Positions 14,770 through 29,698 of a stretch of DNA of 64,000 nt are shown here, one piece after another. This DNA comes from Octopus vulgaris (taxonomy: Eukaryota), in NCBI GenBank assembly GCA_951406725.2, contig OX597835.1, positions 25,916,001 to 25,980,000 on the forward strand, written 5' to 3'. The notes below the pieces were generated by a model, which was not told where the DNA came from, did not search any database, and was given only the letters and a program-made list of their open reading frames with translations. A program made the translations under genes and the position numbers. Each line of letters starts with the position of its first letter. Within the stretch, counting starts at the first letter, position 1.

Positions 14770-15039
14770 AATCTTTCGAATTTCCTGAATCTGCTTTAGA
14801 AACTTCAATCTTACCAGCGAGAAGTTCATGTTACTGATGTCATAAGAACTAACACACTCCAAGAGCACATTAAGTAATCTTTGTTTTGGAACAGTTTATA
14901 TCGAAACACGTAAAGCACATTAATAACGTATTCATATTGGGTTGAAAAAATCCTTTGGACAGCAAAAATCGAAGACGGGTGTTCGTGTGCCACAGACAGC
15001 CTTTGACTTTTACTTTCCAAAGGAGGTGTTAACCAATAT

Positions 15040-15370
15040 TTACATGTTAAAACTGACTGGAATCGATCCCAACGCCTGGGACATTGAAGCTCAGGACAAG
15101 CCCGGCTGGTATCATTCCATCTCCACTGTGACAAATCATTTCGAAGCTGAAGAGCAGAAGAAAGAAGAAGAGAAACAAGAAAGAAAATGGAGGCTGCAAC
15201 ACCCAAAGCCTCCAACACGGATATATTGTGAACTTTGCAGCAGACACTTCCATGCAAGAATCGACGTCGTTAGTCGTCAGAGGCATAAACACGGACGGAG
15301 GGGAATGAGTGGTCAAGAAGAAATCAAATAAATTATCGGACACCGGATAAAACGCCAACGACGACGTCGA
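15040..15370 (+). mobile_element. RTE-clade LINE 3' end (5'-truncated)
   Basis: LKLTGIDPNAWDIEAQDKPGWYHSI...FEAEEQKKEEEKQERK...CELCSRHFHARIDVVSRQRHKH matches the RTE/BovB-type C-terminus with a terminal C2H2-like motif. Confidence 0.85.
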
Positions 15371-16426
15371 TATGTTAACATTTAAAGCTACGTGTGCTTC
15401 GGGATCAACTCTTCCAAGGATTAAAAAACAAAACTATCAAGAAAAAGGAATTATTTCATATTATCATTTTTCTTCTGTTTGTTTTTTCTTGTTTTAAGTT
15501 TAGAATTGCAACTTTTATCCCCATTCCTGCGCCCGTGTGATTCAAAGCAGAATTCCAGGTTCGATACCACGGCGCGGTATCTTGTTTTGCCACCGTTGTT
15601 TCGATTTGACTCATGCCATGTGCAGTAAATTGTGATGTAGACAGAAATTACTGTGGAGAATATGTCGAAGGAGCGTGTGCCTGTTCTTTTGTAGCAAAAT
15701 AAATCCGTTACCTTTTTACTTTCGTCAATGGATGTTTCTACTCAAGTCCATTTTGTAGCAAGCATTATGACCTGACCCGAGTTTCGAGGATGATTTCTGA
15801 ATTATGATTTAATCCTCTCTACACGTTCCGAACAATCTTGGAATCTGTCACTCTTCCTAGAATTAAGGCTTAAAATATATTGAAGGGGTTAGGTGACACG
15901 AAATGTCCATTTGTGATATGTTAGAGGAGAAAATGGAAATTACTATTGGCCGTTTTAAAGGAAAGATAAGATTGATATTCACGAAGGAGAAGGGGCAATG
16001 ATTGTGACCTGTAAAGGGAAGAGGAAATACCTTTGGTCGTTATAGGCCTTCATGCAGTCAAATGTGATAACGACAAGTAGAATGAAGAAGAGAAGAAGCA
16101 GGAAAGGAAAGAAGAAAAGAAGAATAGGAAGAAAGTGAAGGAAAAGAAGAATAAAGAAGAGTGAGGAGCAGGATGAAGAGGTGGAGAAGAAAGAGAAGGG
16201 AAAGAATGCAAAAGAAGGAAGTGGAAGAGCAGGAAAGAGAGAAAGAAGTACAAGAAGGAAGAGAAGGAAAGAAGAAAGAGATGAAGAAAAGGGACGATAA
16301 GATGACGACGATGACGACGACGACGATGACCAAGAAGAAGGAGGAGAAGAAGAAGAAGCAGAACAACAACACCTACAACGAAAAGAAATAAGTGGAAGAA
16401 AGGTATAAGGAGAAGGGAAAGGAGAA

Positions 16427-16468
<42 letters not shown>

Positions 16469-17021
16469 GGGAGGAGGAGGAGGAGGAGGAGAAGAAGAAG
16501 GAGGACGGTGATGGAGATGATGATTAAAAACCGCTTCAAAATATTTGAAAGAGTGAAACTAATGATAGTTGTATATAAGGAAGGAAATTGCAGGAATAAA
16601 GAATATAACGAAAAATGCTGACACGAAATAAAAAACAACAACAAAGCATTTCATATTTTGATTTTAAATAAAAACAAAAGAAAACGTAACAAAATATAAC
16701 AAAAAAGAAATTTAATGTTTTTTGAAATAAAATTTGGTTCCAAAATATGTGTAAAAAAAATGCAAAAATATTTTATCATAAATGAGAAACATCATTTACG
16801 GTCTTTGACTGATGTCAAATTCTCCTTGATTGATGGATTAGCAGATTAGATAAACAATTAAGAATGTTATTCGCGTTCATGTATATCACACACACACAAA
16901 CACACACGCACACACATACACACACATACACATATACACACACATTCACATACACACATATGTGTGTGTATTTGTATGTGTTTGTATGTCTGTATGTATA
17001 TGTCCGTATGTAAATATATAC

Positions 17022-17087
<66 letters not shown>

Positions 17088-17223
17088 GTATATCTATATA
17101 TAAACAGATAGGCACACACATATACATCTCTTTATGCATGTATGTGCGCATGTGTTAATGTTTGAGAATGTACGTATGTGTGGGTGGGTATATATATATA
17201 TATAATATAAAGTATGCATGTAC

Positions 17224-17268
<45 letters not shown>

Positions 17269-17801
17269 GTGTGTAGATGATTCTTAATGTAAAATGCTAA
17301 ATATGTGATGATGCAATACATAGGAATACTTCGGTATTATTATTGTTATTGTTGTTGATATTAGAACATGTGCACACACACACATACACACACGCGCACA
17401 CACATATATTCATATATATGCAGTTATGGTTATTATTATTGTTAGGTTTTTTTTTGCAAATTTCTCCTTGAACAAAAATCTTGTTAATCTTTTAAGTTAG
17501 ATATAAAGAGTTCTTCTGCAATTAATAATATTACTTCAGAATGATCGATGATTAATAATCAACGATATCGCCATTTTGCTTTTTGGCCCTTTTTTTTTAC
17601 ATGACGTAAACAGTCTTCATAGCTTTTACAAACACACGCAAATATTTTCACTCGCACACATATAAACGCACGTACATACACACATATGTCGTTATGTATA
17701 TGTATAACGACTCAAATGCATATTTGCATATCAGTATGCATATGCATATACACACTCTATATGTGTGTGAGTGCATATATATATATACATCCATATATAT
17801 T

Positions 17802-17832
<31 letters not shown>

Positions 17833-17883
17833 CCATATATATATACATATATATATACATATGTACATATATATATACATATG

Positions 17884-17972
<89 letters not shown>

Positions 17973-18723
17973 ATAGGTGCAGGAGTGGTAAGTAACTTGC
18001 TTACCAACTACATGGTCCTGGGTTCAGTCCCACTGCGTGGCGCCTTGGGCAACTGTCTACTACTATATCCTTGGGCCGACCAAAACCTTATGAGTAGTTT
18101 TGGCTGAAGGAAATTGAAAGAAGCACGTTCCTTCCCTTATTCTTCAATCCCTCTGCCCGCTACCTCTTTCTGTTTCTTCCAGCTGACCGGTGATCGGCCA
18201 AATATGATCTTTCTCGACCTGACCGCCACCTGTATAACACCTTATTTAACTGTCTCCTGATTTTCATTTATGTTTTTGCCTCAAGGCTTTCACTCCAGAC
18301 GCCAGCTTAACTTAACTTGTCCCTATTAGTCGAAAGACACCTGTTGTTATTCTCTTGTCGTTTGTATTTGTAATCGTGTAACATTTCCCCCGTTTTCTCG
18401 TTTTTGTTTCTTTGCTCGTCTTGTCGTACACATTCACTTGCTTTCTTCCAAAAATTTAATACTCTCAGCTTATATTTTTGAGGCCTATCAATTTTGAAAC
18501 AATCTAAGTAAAACAGGCCGAAACTGTAATGATAATTGGTAGCTTGACTGATGATCAAATGATCCGTACTTGGTTTTCCCTGTCTGTCTTCGTACCATCT
18601 ATCTGTCACAATGTTTTCATTGTCGTCCGTTACGTTCTTATCCCGTTTTTTTTTATATATATAAATATATACATACAGCGGCGTACATACTCCTTTTGAT
18701 CACTACACACAGACACAGACACA

Positions 18724-18762
<39 letters not shown>

Positions 18763-19228
18763 ACATATACACGCGCACACACACGCATATATCACAAATG
18801 CAGAAGTACCGAGAAGTATGTTAATAAAGTCTTTCATATCAAGGTATCACGAAGGGTTTTCAGTCAGAAATAATAGCTTGTAGTAGATTGGATTAAAAAA
18901 AAAATATTGCTTAGATGATGGAAAGCAGAAAAGGTCTTAGTAGATCTCGAACCTTGCACCTTTGCAACTCTAAAATTCTTATTGCCAATTACAGTGGAGC
19001 CGATTCCAGTCATTTTGTCATCGAATTAAGCGCTTCAATCTTATCAGTGACAAAGCTTATTTACATTTAGAACGGAAGTTGGTAACAGAAAATCTGCAGT
19101 TCGAATCCTGCATATGCGTGTATGTGTGTATATTGTAAATCTCTCAACACGTTTCACACACACACACACTCTCTCTCTTTCTCTCTTTCTCTCTCCCCCT
19201 CTCTCTCTCTCTCTATATATATATATAC

Positions 19229-19270
<42 letters not shown>

Positions 19271-19464
19271 TTATACATACATATACATACACACACACAC
19301 ATATAGTATAAACAGATATATATGTATATGTATAATGTACACACCCAAAAGACGTATTTATTCATACATATGTCTGCACACGTAATTACACATATATCTT
19401 TACTTGTCTAGCTCCTCTCCAATCTCTCTCTATATATATCTGTATCTATCTATCTAACCATATG

Positions 19465-19561
<97 letters not shown>

Positions 19562-20016
19562 ATATCTATCTATCTATATATCATCTATATATTCCTGTCA
19601 CCGTGTCTGTCTGTCAGTCTGCTTGTCAGTTTGTCCGTCTGTCTGTTAATCTCTCTATGCCATCAACATAAATCACATCGCCGAAATATAAAACAAATAA
19701 ATCAGAGACATAAATAACGGCAGAAATAAATCGCCGTTAATTTACTCTATCTAAATGGACATTTATCGTATTAGATCTTTAGTGAGATTACCTCATCAAT
19801 AAATGGCCCAAATCTGTTGACTAGGAAGATCTAAATAACGATTCTATCACATCACACTTTACCAAATCTGCAATGAGATGTATGGTTTTGAATATAAATG
19901 AAGCAGAATAGAATTTACTTATTCATTGTACTTGCCCCCTTCCTGCCTGGTTACCTGCCTGTCTGTCTCTCAGTCTGACTGCATATCTGTGTACGTCAAT
20001 ACCCGTCTTATACGTG

Positions 20017-20101
<85 letters not shown>

Positions 20102-20299
20102 GTTTGTTTGTCTGCCAGTTTCTCTAGTTGTCCAACGGTATGTATGCACATATCTATATTTTCTTTGGTGGTTTCACTCACAGCGTGACTCGGTTCTTTT
20201 GTTTAACTTAAAACAACTCTTGGTGTTTGTGCACACCTGAATTGATTGGTGTCTCAGCATACGTGTGCATGTGTGTATGCATGTGTACGTGTGTGTGTG

Positions 20300-21290
20300 C
20301 ATGTGTCTGTATGCATATGTGTGTTTGCTTGTGTGTGTGTGTGTATAAAGGTGTGCTTGGGATAAATTTGCATTGGTACTGTGAACATGTACATGTAACT
20401 TTAGTGCACAAGTGTGCGTGTGTGTGTGTGTGTGTGTGTTCATTCCTGTTTATACGTGTATCTGTGTGTGTCTATTCCATGCGTATATGTGACATAGTGC
20501 ATATAGCCAAACCAGTAACCTCAAATGGAGCATCCCTGGAATGTTTAAGAAATTTTGACTATAATACTAATCAATTGCACTTGACACACACAAGTACACA
20601 AGCACACACACACGTACACACACACACACACACAAACACAGATACACACGTATAAATAACAACGCAAACATTCCTGTATGTGACGTACGCATCGACAGTA
20701 CGAATGCCAGTTTATCTAGAAGCACACCCTTACACGTACGCGCACGCATACACACACATACACAAATACACACACATGCTCACAGAGATACAGACATATA
20801 AACAGTAGCAATGCACACACACACACTTGAGCATGAAAGTGACACATACACATCAACAACAGGAATGCAAGTTTATTTACAAGCACACCCTTGCACACAC
20901 AGACACACACACACGCACACAAACGCATACACAAACACACATGCACGCACACATAGATACACACATATAATCAGTAACAACACACACAAACACACACACA
21001 CTTGAGCATTAAAGTGCAACGTACACATCAACATTTACAAGCACACCCTTACACACACACATTTATACATACACACATAGAAGCACGCACACACACACAC
21101 ATGCAGATACACACGCATAAACAGCAAGGATGTACACACACGCGTTAATGCACACACACATACACACACACAAACACACACAGATACACGTGTATAAACA
21201 GCAACGACGCACCCAGACATAAGCACTAAAGTGATACGTACACACCCACACTAATGCTAGTTTACCTTCAAGCACACCCTATACACACGC
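20300..21290. repeat. Cryptic degenerate ~150-165-bp tandem repeat hidden in (CA)n, plus one inverted unit
   Basis: Landmarks cagatacacacgtataaac and aagcacaccct recur at ~20640/20720, 20787/20881, 20955/21039 and 21181/21270; inverted copy at ~20340-20470. Confidence 0.7.
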
Positions 21291-21734
21291 ACACACACAC
21301 AAATACACACATGTACACGCACTAACACTCATACACCCATAATGGAGCTGACGTATTCTTTAGTCCTGGCCTTATTTGCAACATCAATGAGTGCGATATT
21401 CTTGTCAAATCTCTGGCGTTTGCAACCCTCATCATCAATGGTGATTAAGCAAATACGCAGACCATTAATGCCCACTGTGGGCCAACGTGTTAGTCAAACT
21501 GAGTGATCAATATTGAATGTAGAGCGATGCTTTCAAATTTTAGCACAAGGCCAGTAAGGTCAGGGGAAGGGTAAATCGTTTATATCGGCCGCAGTTCTGA
21601 ACTGGTACTTATTTTATCGACCCTGAAAAGATAAAAGGCAAAGTCGACCATTTGAACTCAGAACGTAGAAACGGACGTAGCACCGATAAGCATTTCGACC
21701 GGCGTACTAACAATTGTGCCAGCTCGCCCCCTTA

Positions 21735-21871
<137 letters not shown>

Positions 21872-21872
21872 G

Positions 21873-21947
<75 letters not shown>

Positions 21948-22009
21948 ATTTATCTATATAATTGATTAATGAGAGAGACGGAAGATGGAAGATACAAAAA
22001 TGTTTATTG

Positions 22010-22104
22010 ATCACTAAAGTTGTTCAACGCATCTAGCATCGATCCGTCACGAGTGGGATACTGAACAGTGTATCCGTCGGTGTAGATGTGTCTCTTCAGG
22101 TGAT
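22010..22104 (-). ncRNA. Degenerate type I hammerhead motif with long helix II
   Basis: Minus: atcac-CTGAAGA-gacacatcta...tagatgcgtt-GAAc-aactt-TA-gtgat, followed by aataaa. Confidence 0.45.
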
Positions 22105-22592
22105 TACAAAAGTATCTCGGTACGTGTATATAACAGCATCAAATAAAGAGATACAGTTTCATATTAATAGAAAATCAATAATAGATAACAGATATAGAGA
22201 TTAACAAATACACAATACAGCGATAATATGTATTACTTCTTGTGAACAGTATACATTTACGAGCTACTCATTTAATAACATGCCTTGTATCTCCAAACGC
22301 TCATCAGAAACACAAGGTGTGTTATCATAACTTGCCTATACTGCACCCCCAATGCATGAAACTATTGCTAGCTTGTAAATATGTACTGCGTGTATTAAAT
22401 TATATTTATCCTTTATCGGATGGAGTCCTTTTCTTCTTTCTCGTACCTTAAAGGAAAAATATACATTATATAAACGCACGCACACACTTATGAATATATG
22501 TACGAATGTATGTATGTATGTATGTATGTATGCATGTATGTATGTATGTATGTATGTATGTATGTATGTATGTATGTATGTATGTATGTATG

Positions 22593-22646
<54 letters not shown>

Positions 22647-23754
22647 GAGACTGATAAATACATAGATATATTACAAACTCATAGATGCATTATCTGCTAG
22701 AAACATACGTAAACGGATACAAGCACACGCACACACACCCATGCATGCACACACGCACGCACACACGCACGCACACACGCACACAGGGTTTACAAACTTT
22801 TCATCGACTTTGGACGTTGCATTTATCGCATTTCTTTGACCTCTTTTATTGCGTGCATGTTTATTATTTGAAGGTTCGTCATCATGCGTCGACTTCTATT
22901 ATTTTAGTCTCGTCTTACATTAAGGAAAAAAATAATGGAGCATATTTATTAAAGAACGTCTTACTACAAAAAGCATATATGATGCTTAGTAAAGATGTAC
23001 AGTATATCGCATAGACGTGGTTTAAATACGCAAACATATATACATCTATACATCTATGCATACATACATATGCATATATATATGAATATATATGTGTGTG
23101 TATATATATACCCACATATAGACACACATACCGCCTTCTCTTGCACTCTCCTGTCTTTGAAAGAACTTTTTCTTCACCCATTCTCTTCCGCTCAGTTCAA
23201 TATGTGACCACGTGTGTATCGTTCGTCGGCAATGGATATTTAGAGCACTGTCAATATATTTAGGTGTGAATTGTATATCCACGTGGTGGAGGATGCAGAA
23301 AGAGGGAGTGAGCGAGCAAGCGAGAGAGAGAGAGAGAGAGAAAGAGAGAGAAAGAGGGAGGGAGAGAGAGAGAGAAAGAGATAGATAGAGAGATAGAGAA
23401 GGATACAATATGTAACGAAAGGAATCTGAGATTTGAATAACAGTACATTACTATATATGATTTCTGTGGTAACCAGCAGCAAAAACATGTTTTTTAATGC
23501 TATATATAACTTCACAAGTGCTTTAGGTACACTATGCGCTAACATTTTATATTAAAAGCACGCTTATGATTTAAATATTTTACGTATGAAGGTGTGCTGT
23601 AAGGTATCAAAATGCACATATGGTATATACGTTGCATATATATATATGCAACGTATATACCATATGTGCACTTTGATACCTTACAGTACACCTTCATACG
23701 TAAAACATATATAGATATACGTATGCATAGGCATGGTGTATGTATGTGTATGTA

Positions 23755-23810
<56 letters not shown>

Positions 23811-24235
23811 TGTATATGTCTATGGTATATTTAAGGTATGTGTATGTGTGTGCATGTATGCATAAGTGTTTATGTTCATATGCACAGGCTAAAATATATT
23901 TCTAACACACAACGATGTAAGGTATAGTTTCAAGTTTAAGGGGGAATAAACCTTCGCGTTGATCATAAGAAACTTCTCGGAACAAGCCACATGATATGCA
24001 CGAACACACATAGGCACGCACACACATACACACACACAATCATCTCTCTCTCTCTCTCTATCTATATATATATATATTTATATAGCTGTATGTATATATA
24101 TATGTTTGTATATATATATGTGCATATTTACACTTATGCACACATAAAGATAAATACGCAAGCATAATACGGATATGTATATACATACGAACATACATAT
24201 AAGTATATACGTACATGCACATACACAGATACATA

Positions 24236-24281
<46 letters not shown>

Positions 24282-24563
24282 TATATATATACGCATGTAT
24301 ATATATATATATATATATAAATGTATGCCTAAGCATACACACAGAAACAAATAGACACGTGATACTCCCCCTCCACACACACATCTGGTGGTTGCTAAAA
24401 TAAACAAGCTTACCAACACGTTATTAAAAGTTTCAGATTAAAAAATTGACTTTAATCAATGTTTTTTTCCCCTATTTTTATATGTATTTCTTCATGTTTT
24501 GAATGCTGTTTACTATTATTTGTATATACCATAATATTTCTGTTTTTCCTTGCAATTAATACA

Positions 24564-24659
<96 letters not shown>

Positions 24660-25079
24660 CATTTGTGTGTCTGTGTGTGTGCAATAAATTAATGTATTTC
24701 TTTTTTAATATTTATTTTGCTGATACAAATATTTAAACTAAATGGATTAATTTTATTCGTTTGCAAAAGAAATGAGTACAACTAATAATTATATAATATA
24801 TATATAAAATATAAACTAGGTATAAAGACGCAGTCAACACACACACAACACAGATAGACAGCCAGCCAGACAGACAGACAGACAGACACGCACAAATATG
24901 CTCACGTGAGCGCGCATACATTCCTCAACACAAACTTAAAGGAGCGTAATTTTTTTTGTCTTTTAAGTGCAAAATCGAATTTCGGGCACGAAGTTTCTAT
25001 AATTTACTTGCAAAAATCAGTATCACGCTTCATAGACAAAATATCTATGAATATATATATGTATATGTGCTTATATATG

Positions 25080-25139
<60 letters not shown>

Positions 25140-25140
25140 C

Positions 25141-25199
<59 letters not shown>

Positions 25200-25208
25200 T
25201 ATATACAT

Positions 25209-25251
<43 letters not shown>

Positions 25252-25319
25252 CATCTTTGTGTGTGTGCTGTGTCTGTGCGTGTTTTTCTGTGGGTGCATC
25301 TGTGCCTATAGTATTATTT

Positions 25320-25372
<53 letters not shown>

Positions 25373-25586
25373 TATATGTGTGTGTATATATATATATATA
25401 TATATTTTTTTTTTCTTTCACGCATTTATTTTGCAAGATTCTTGATGCGAAACGTGTGTAGAAGCAGATATTGTTATATTTAGGGATGGCCATTTTTTTG
25501 TTTTACTTTTTGTCAATTATTCTGCGTGTGATTATTTGGCGAAAAAGAAAGCGATCATAAAAAGACCATCCCCAAGTTTAACAATA

Positions 25587-25627
<41 letters not shown>

Positions 25628-25761
25628 GTATGTATATATATATATAGATATATATGTATAAATGTGGTATGTGTATGCATAGATATATATGACCGGAGAG
25701 TTATGGGGAGATAGAGAAAGAGAGACAATGGCAAGATAGAAACAAATATTCTGGGAGAAAA

Positions 25762-25796
<35 letters not shown>

Positions 25797-25994
25797 CGGA
25801 GGAAGAGAGAGAGTTTTAGAGTGTTCAGACCGTTGTATAAGAGTAAAATTAGCTGGTTGATAGATGTTCTTAGATGCTAGCTGATAAAAATAAAGAAGAA
25901 AAAAAAAGGGATTGATAGGATATTTCGAAATAGGGAACGTAGGGATTTCTTGAGAACAGATTGTTAGATAGAAAATTAGAGAGAAAGGGTGAGA

Positions 25995-26053
<59 letters not shown>

Positions 26054-26281
26054 CGATACAAAGATGGATAATCGAGAGCGGATATTGCAAGCGAATTGTG
26101 AGAAAGTCACGCGTTTATTGTTTGTCCGTGTGCGCATCTGCGTGTGTGTGTGTGCGCATGTGCGGCTGTTTCTATGGTAAATCACGCTTAATTTCCCCGA
26201 TCAAATATCTCCTCCTGAACTTGTTCACACATCTATTTAAATAGTCCTCGCATTTTCTGTCATACGCACCTAATAGACCTG

Positions 26282-26620
<339 letters not shown>

Positions 26621-26657
26621 TTCTACATTTCAACCAATCAATTTAAACAATACATAC

Positions 26658-26721
<64 letters not shown>

Positions 26722-27410
26722 GTATATATGTGTATATGTGTGTGTGTATATATGTGTGTTTGTATATATATATGTGTTTTATATGTATACATGAGTATAT
26801 ATGTATGTATGCGTGTATATAAATATATGTATGTGTATGTGTGTAGGTGTGTGTATGTAAGTGTGTGTGTGTATGTGTATGTATGACTGTATGTATGTTT
26901 ATGAGCGTGATGTTGATTTCTCGAAGCCTTGCCGTACCTAAGAAAACATTGATTTAGAGAGTCACGTCGATGCAGTTCTACAAAAATTTTATTATATTAA
27001 TTAAAAGAAAAACAAACAAGAAAAACAATCGAGTCTTTATCTTAAAATTTTAATAATCTTACATTTCAGGTGAAGAAAAAAATTACCGTTTCCCAAGAGT
27101 AATTAGAACATGAGAAGCTGTTTGGGTTTATTGCATTTTCAGTTGTAACGTGGAGAGAATATATGGCTGTGAATGGAAGAACAACAGCGGTTTGTAAATT
27201 GTACCTGAATCTGTTTGAACTTTCTTGCATTGGATAAATATTTACGTTGTGAAAATCAATAAAATATGTTTGACTGTGTGTGGTTAAGAAGCTTGCATTG
27301 TAACCACTTATTTCGGCTTCAGTTTCACTGCGTGCCAGCTTGAGTGAGTATCTTTTACTAAAACCGTGGGCCGATCAATGCCTTGTGAGTGGATTTATTG
27401 AACGGAAACT

Positions 27411-27796
27411 TGGAGGCGCAATGGCCCAGTGGTTAGGGCAGCGGACTCGCGGTCATAGGATCGCGGTTTCGATTCCCAGACCGGGCGTTGTGAGTATTTA
27501 TTGAGCGAAAACACCTAAAAAAGCTCCACGAGGATCCGGCAGGGGATTGTGGTGATCCCTGCTGTACTCTTTCACCACAACTGTCTCTCACTCTTACTTC
27601 CTGTTTCTGTTGTACCTGTATTTCAAGGGACCGGCCTTGTCACTCTCTGTGTCACGCTGAATATCCCGAGAACTACGTTAAGGATACACGTGTCTGTGGA
27701 GTGCTCAGCCACTTACACGTTAATTTCACGAGCAGGCTGTTCCGTTGATCGGATCAACCGGAACCCTCGTCGTCGTAACCGACGGAGTGCTTCCAC
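27411..27796 (+). mobile_element. SINE family C (tRNA-derived head), full length, nested in a family A SINE
   Basis: ggaggcgcaatggcccagtggttagggcagcggactcg...ggtttcgattccc; TSD tgaacggaaa at 27399-27408 and 27797-27806. Confidence 0.9.
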
Positions 27797-28332
27797 TGAA
27801 CGGAAATTACGCAGTAGACCGTCGTATGTGTATGTGTGTGTGTGTGTGCCTTTATTTTTATATTTGTCCTCCTACGGCTTGACAATCGATGTTGTGTATA
27901 AAATATAAGTATTGTATATAAAATATACAATATATTATTATATAGTAAATGTAGAAACGAAAGACAGATACAGAATGGCAAGTTAAAAAAACCTATAGTA
28001 ATTACACAGGCGAACGGAAAACAGACAAAGAAGTTCCCCAATTCCTCATGAGTTATCAGCCAGTGAATCGAACGCAATTTCGTGCCTTTAGCGATAATAT
28101 TACTTCTCATCTAGGGGTACTGGCAAGAGCTGCCGGGAATATGGGACCGAGTACAGACAAACAGTACATGGATAATAAGGACGGGACGAGGAACAAAAGC
28201 TAACTAAATAAACAAACAAAATGTGGCCTTCGGGCTAAATTTAGACAAAGTACGGGTAATGCTATGTAATAATAATTATTACTACAATATACTTATATGT
28301 ATATGTATACATACATACATGCATTCATATAT

Positions 28333-28454
<122 letters not shown>

Positions 28455-28458
28455 AATG

Positions 28459-28781
28459 ATAAATATCAAAGTAGTTATATACAGTAGCGGTAACACATCG
28501 TGATATATTTCAATATGGCTAACCCCTAAGGGTGGATGCTACTGTACATATATATCTGTGTCCTGTCAGTATTTGCATATCCTTCCCGTCTTCAACTATG
28601 ATACACACGGACTCGAGTTTCGAGGTATTGACCTCTCGTCAGCGTGTGACAATCATATATATATATTTCCTTCATAAATATATATTTTTCCAGCGCCCAC
28701 TGTCGCTATATATATATAAATATCAAAGTGAGTTATATACAGTAGCGGTAACACGATGTGTTACCGCTACTTATATAACTC
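28459..28781 (-). mobile_element. Non-autonomous Penelope-type/retrozyme-like element (257-bp period, terminal hairpin)
   Basis: Direct repeat ataaatatcaaagt.agttatatacagtagcggtaacac at 28459 and 28716; inverted copy at 28758-28781; contains an intact hammerhead; flanked by (TA)n. Confidence 0.75.
28604..28648 (-). ncRNA. Type I hammerhead ribozyme, intact core
   Basis: Minus: cacacg-CTGACGA-gaggt caat acctc-GAAA-ctcgag-TC-cgtgtg. 6-bp helix I, 5-bp helix II, palindromic helix III (ACTCGAGT), GUC cleavage triplet. Confidence 0.88.
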
Positions 28782-28826
28782 ATATATATACTGTATATAT
28801 ACGTCACTATATATATATATATACAT

Positions 28827-28884
<58 letters not shown>

Positions 28885-28889
<5 letters not shown>

Positions 28890-29440
28890 TACGGAATGGA
28901 GAGAAAGGCAAGACGAGGTATGAGCACAAACCGCAGAGAGTGGCAGAGTCGGAGACTATTAGAATCCTCTGGGATATTCCAGTCCAAACAGATGAGGTAC
29001 TAGAGCATAACAGACCAGACCTAGTGGTGGTGGACAAGGTGCACCACATATTCTATATAGTTGACGTTGCATGCCTCTTTGAACCATAGATATTCCAGAA
29101 GGAAGGCGAAAAGATAGATAGACAGACAGATAGATAGATAGATAGATACAACCCTCTTAAGCATGAAATAACCCTGCTATAGAGAATGAAGAAGGTGAAG
29201 ATAGTGCCAATTATTGTTGCGTCCTTGGGGACAGTATCAGAAGGCATCAAGAGGAATATGAAGGAAATTGGAATAAAGTACCCAGTAGAACTGTTCGAAA
29301 AGGTTTGCCTCCTTGGCACGACCACAATAATTAGGCAAGTATTAGCTGAAAAGAACGAATAGCATAGTATCGTAGGCAGCATGTATTAAGCACACTACGC
29401 ATGCAAGACTCTAGGAACTCCAACAAAACTTGTGATAAAG
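28885..29440 (+). mobile_element. R4/Dong-like LINE 3' end (restriction-like endonuclease), decayed
   Basis: RYEHKPQRVAESETIRILWDIPVQTDEVLEHNRPDLVVVDK...KVKIVPIIVASLGTV...LFEKVCLLGTTTIIRQVL. Confidence 0.88.
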
Positions 29441-29479
29441 AAATTATATATATATATATATATATACATAGGACGCCAA

Positions 29480-29659
29480 GATAGATCGCTAGCTCCTACA
29501 CGCATTTTTTTCTCTCCTTGTTTTTTTCTGTGTATCTTTTTGTCGAAGAGCGTAGGCTCGAAACGTAAAAGACTTTTTCTATTCCTGAGCGCTATACTAA
29601 TACATTTGTTTGTTTGTACTCCACCTGCCTTCGTCTTTTGTTTATTTTCGTAAACTTTC

Positions 29660-29665
<6 letters not shown>
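29480..29665 (+). mobile_element. Short hammerhead-bearing repeat (variant-core family)
   Basis: tcttt-ttgtcgaa-gagc gtag gctc-gaaa-cg-ta-aaaga at 29535-29572. Confidence 0.72.

Positions 29666-29698
<33 letters not shown>

Noticed and set aside
15979-16644. 221-aa hydrophobic ORF and antisense K/E/R-rich ORFs
   Set aside because: Derived from purine-rich GAA/GGA/GAT simple repeats
27411-27490. tRNA-Arg-like gene (also at 53352 and 34286)
   Set aside because: It is the head of a SINE continuing into a ~385-bp element with TSDs; the acceptor stem is not intact
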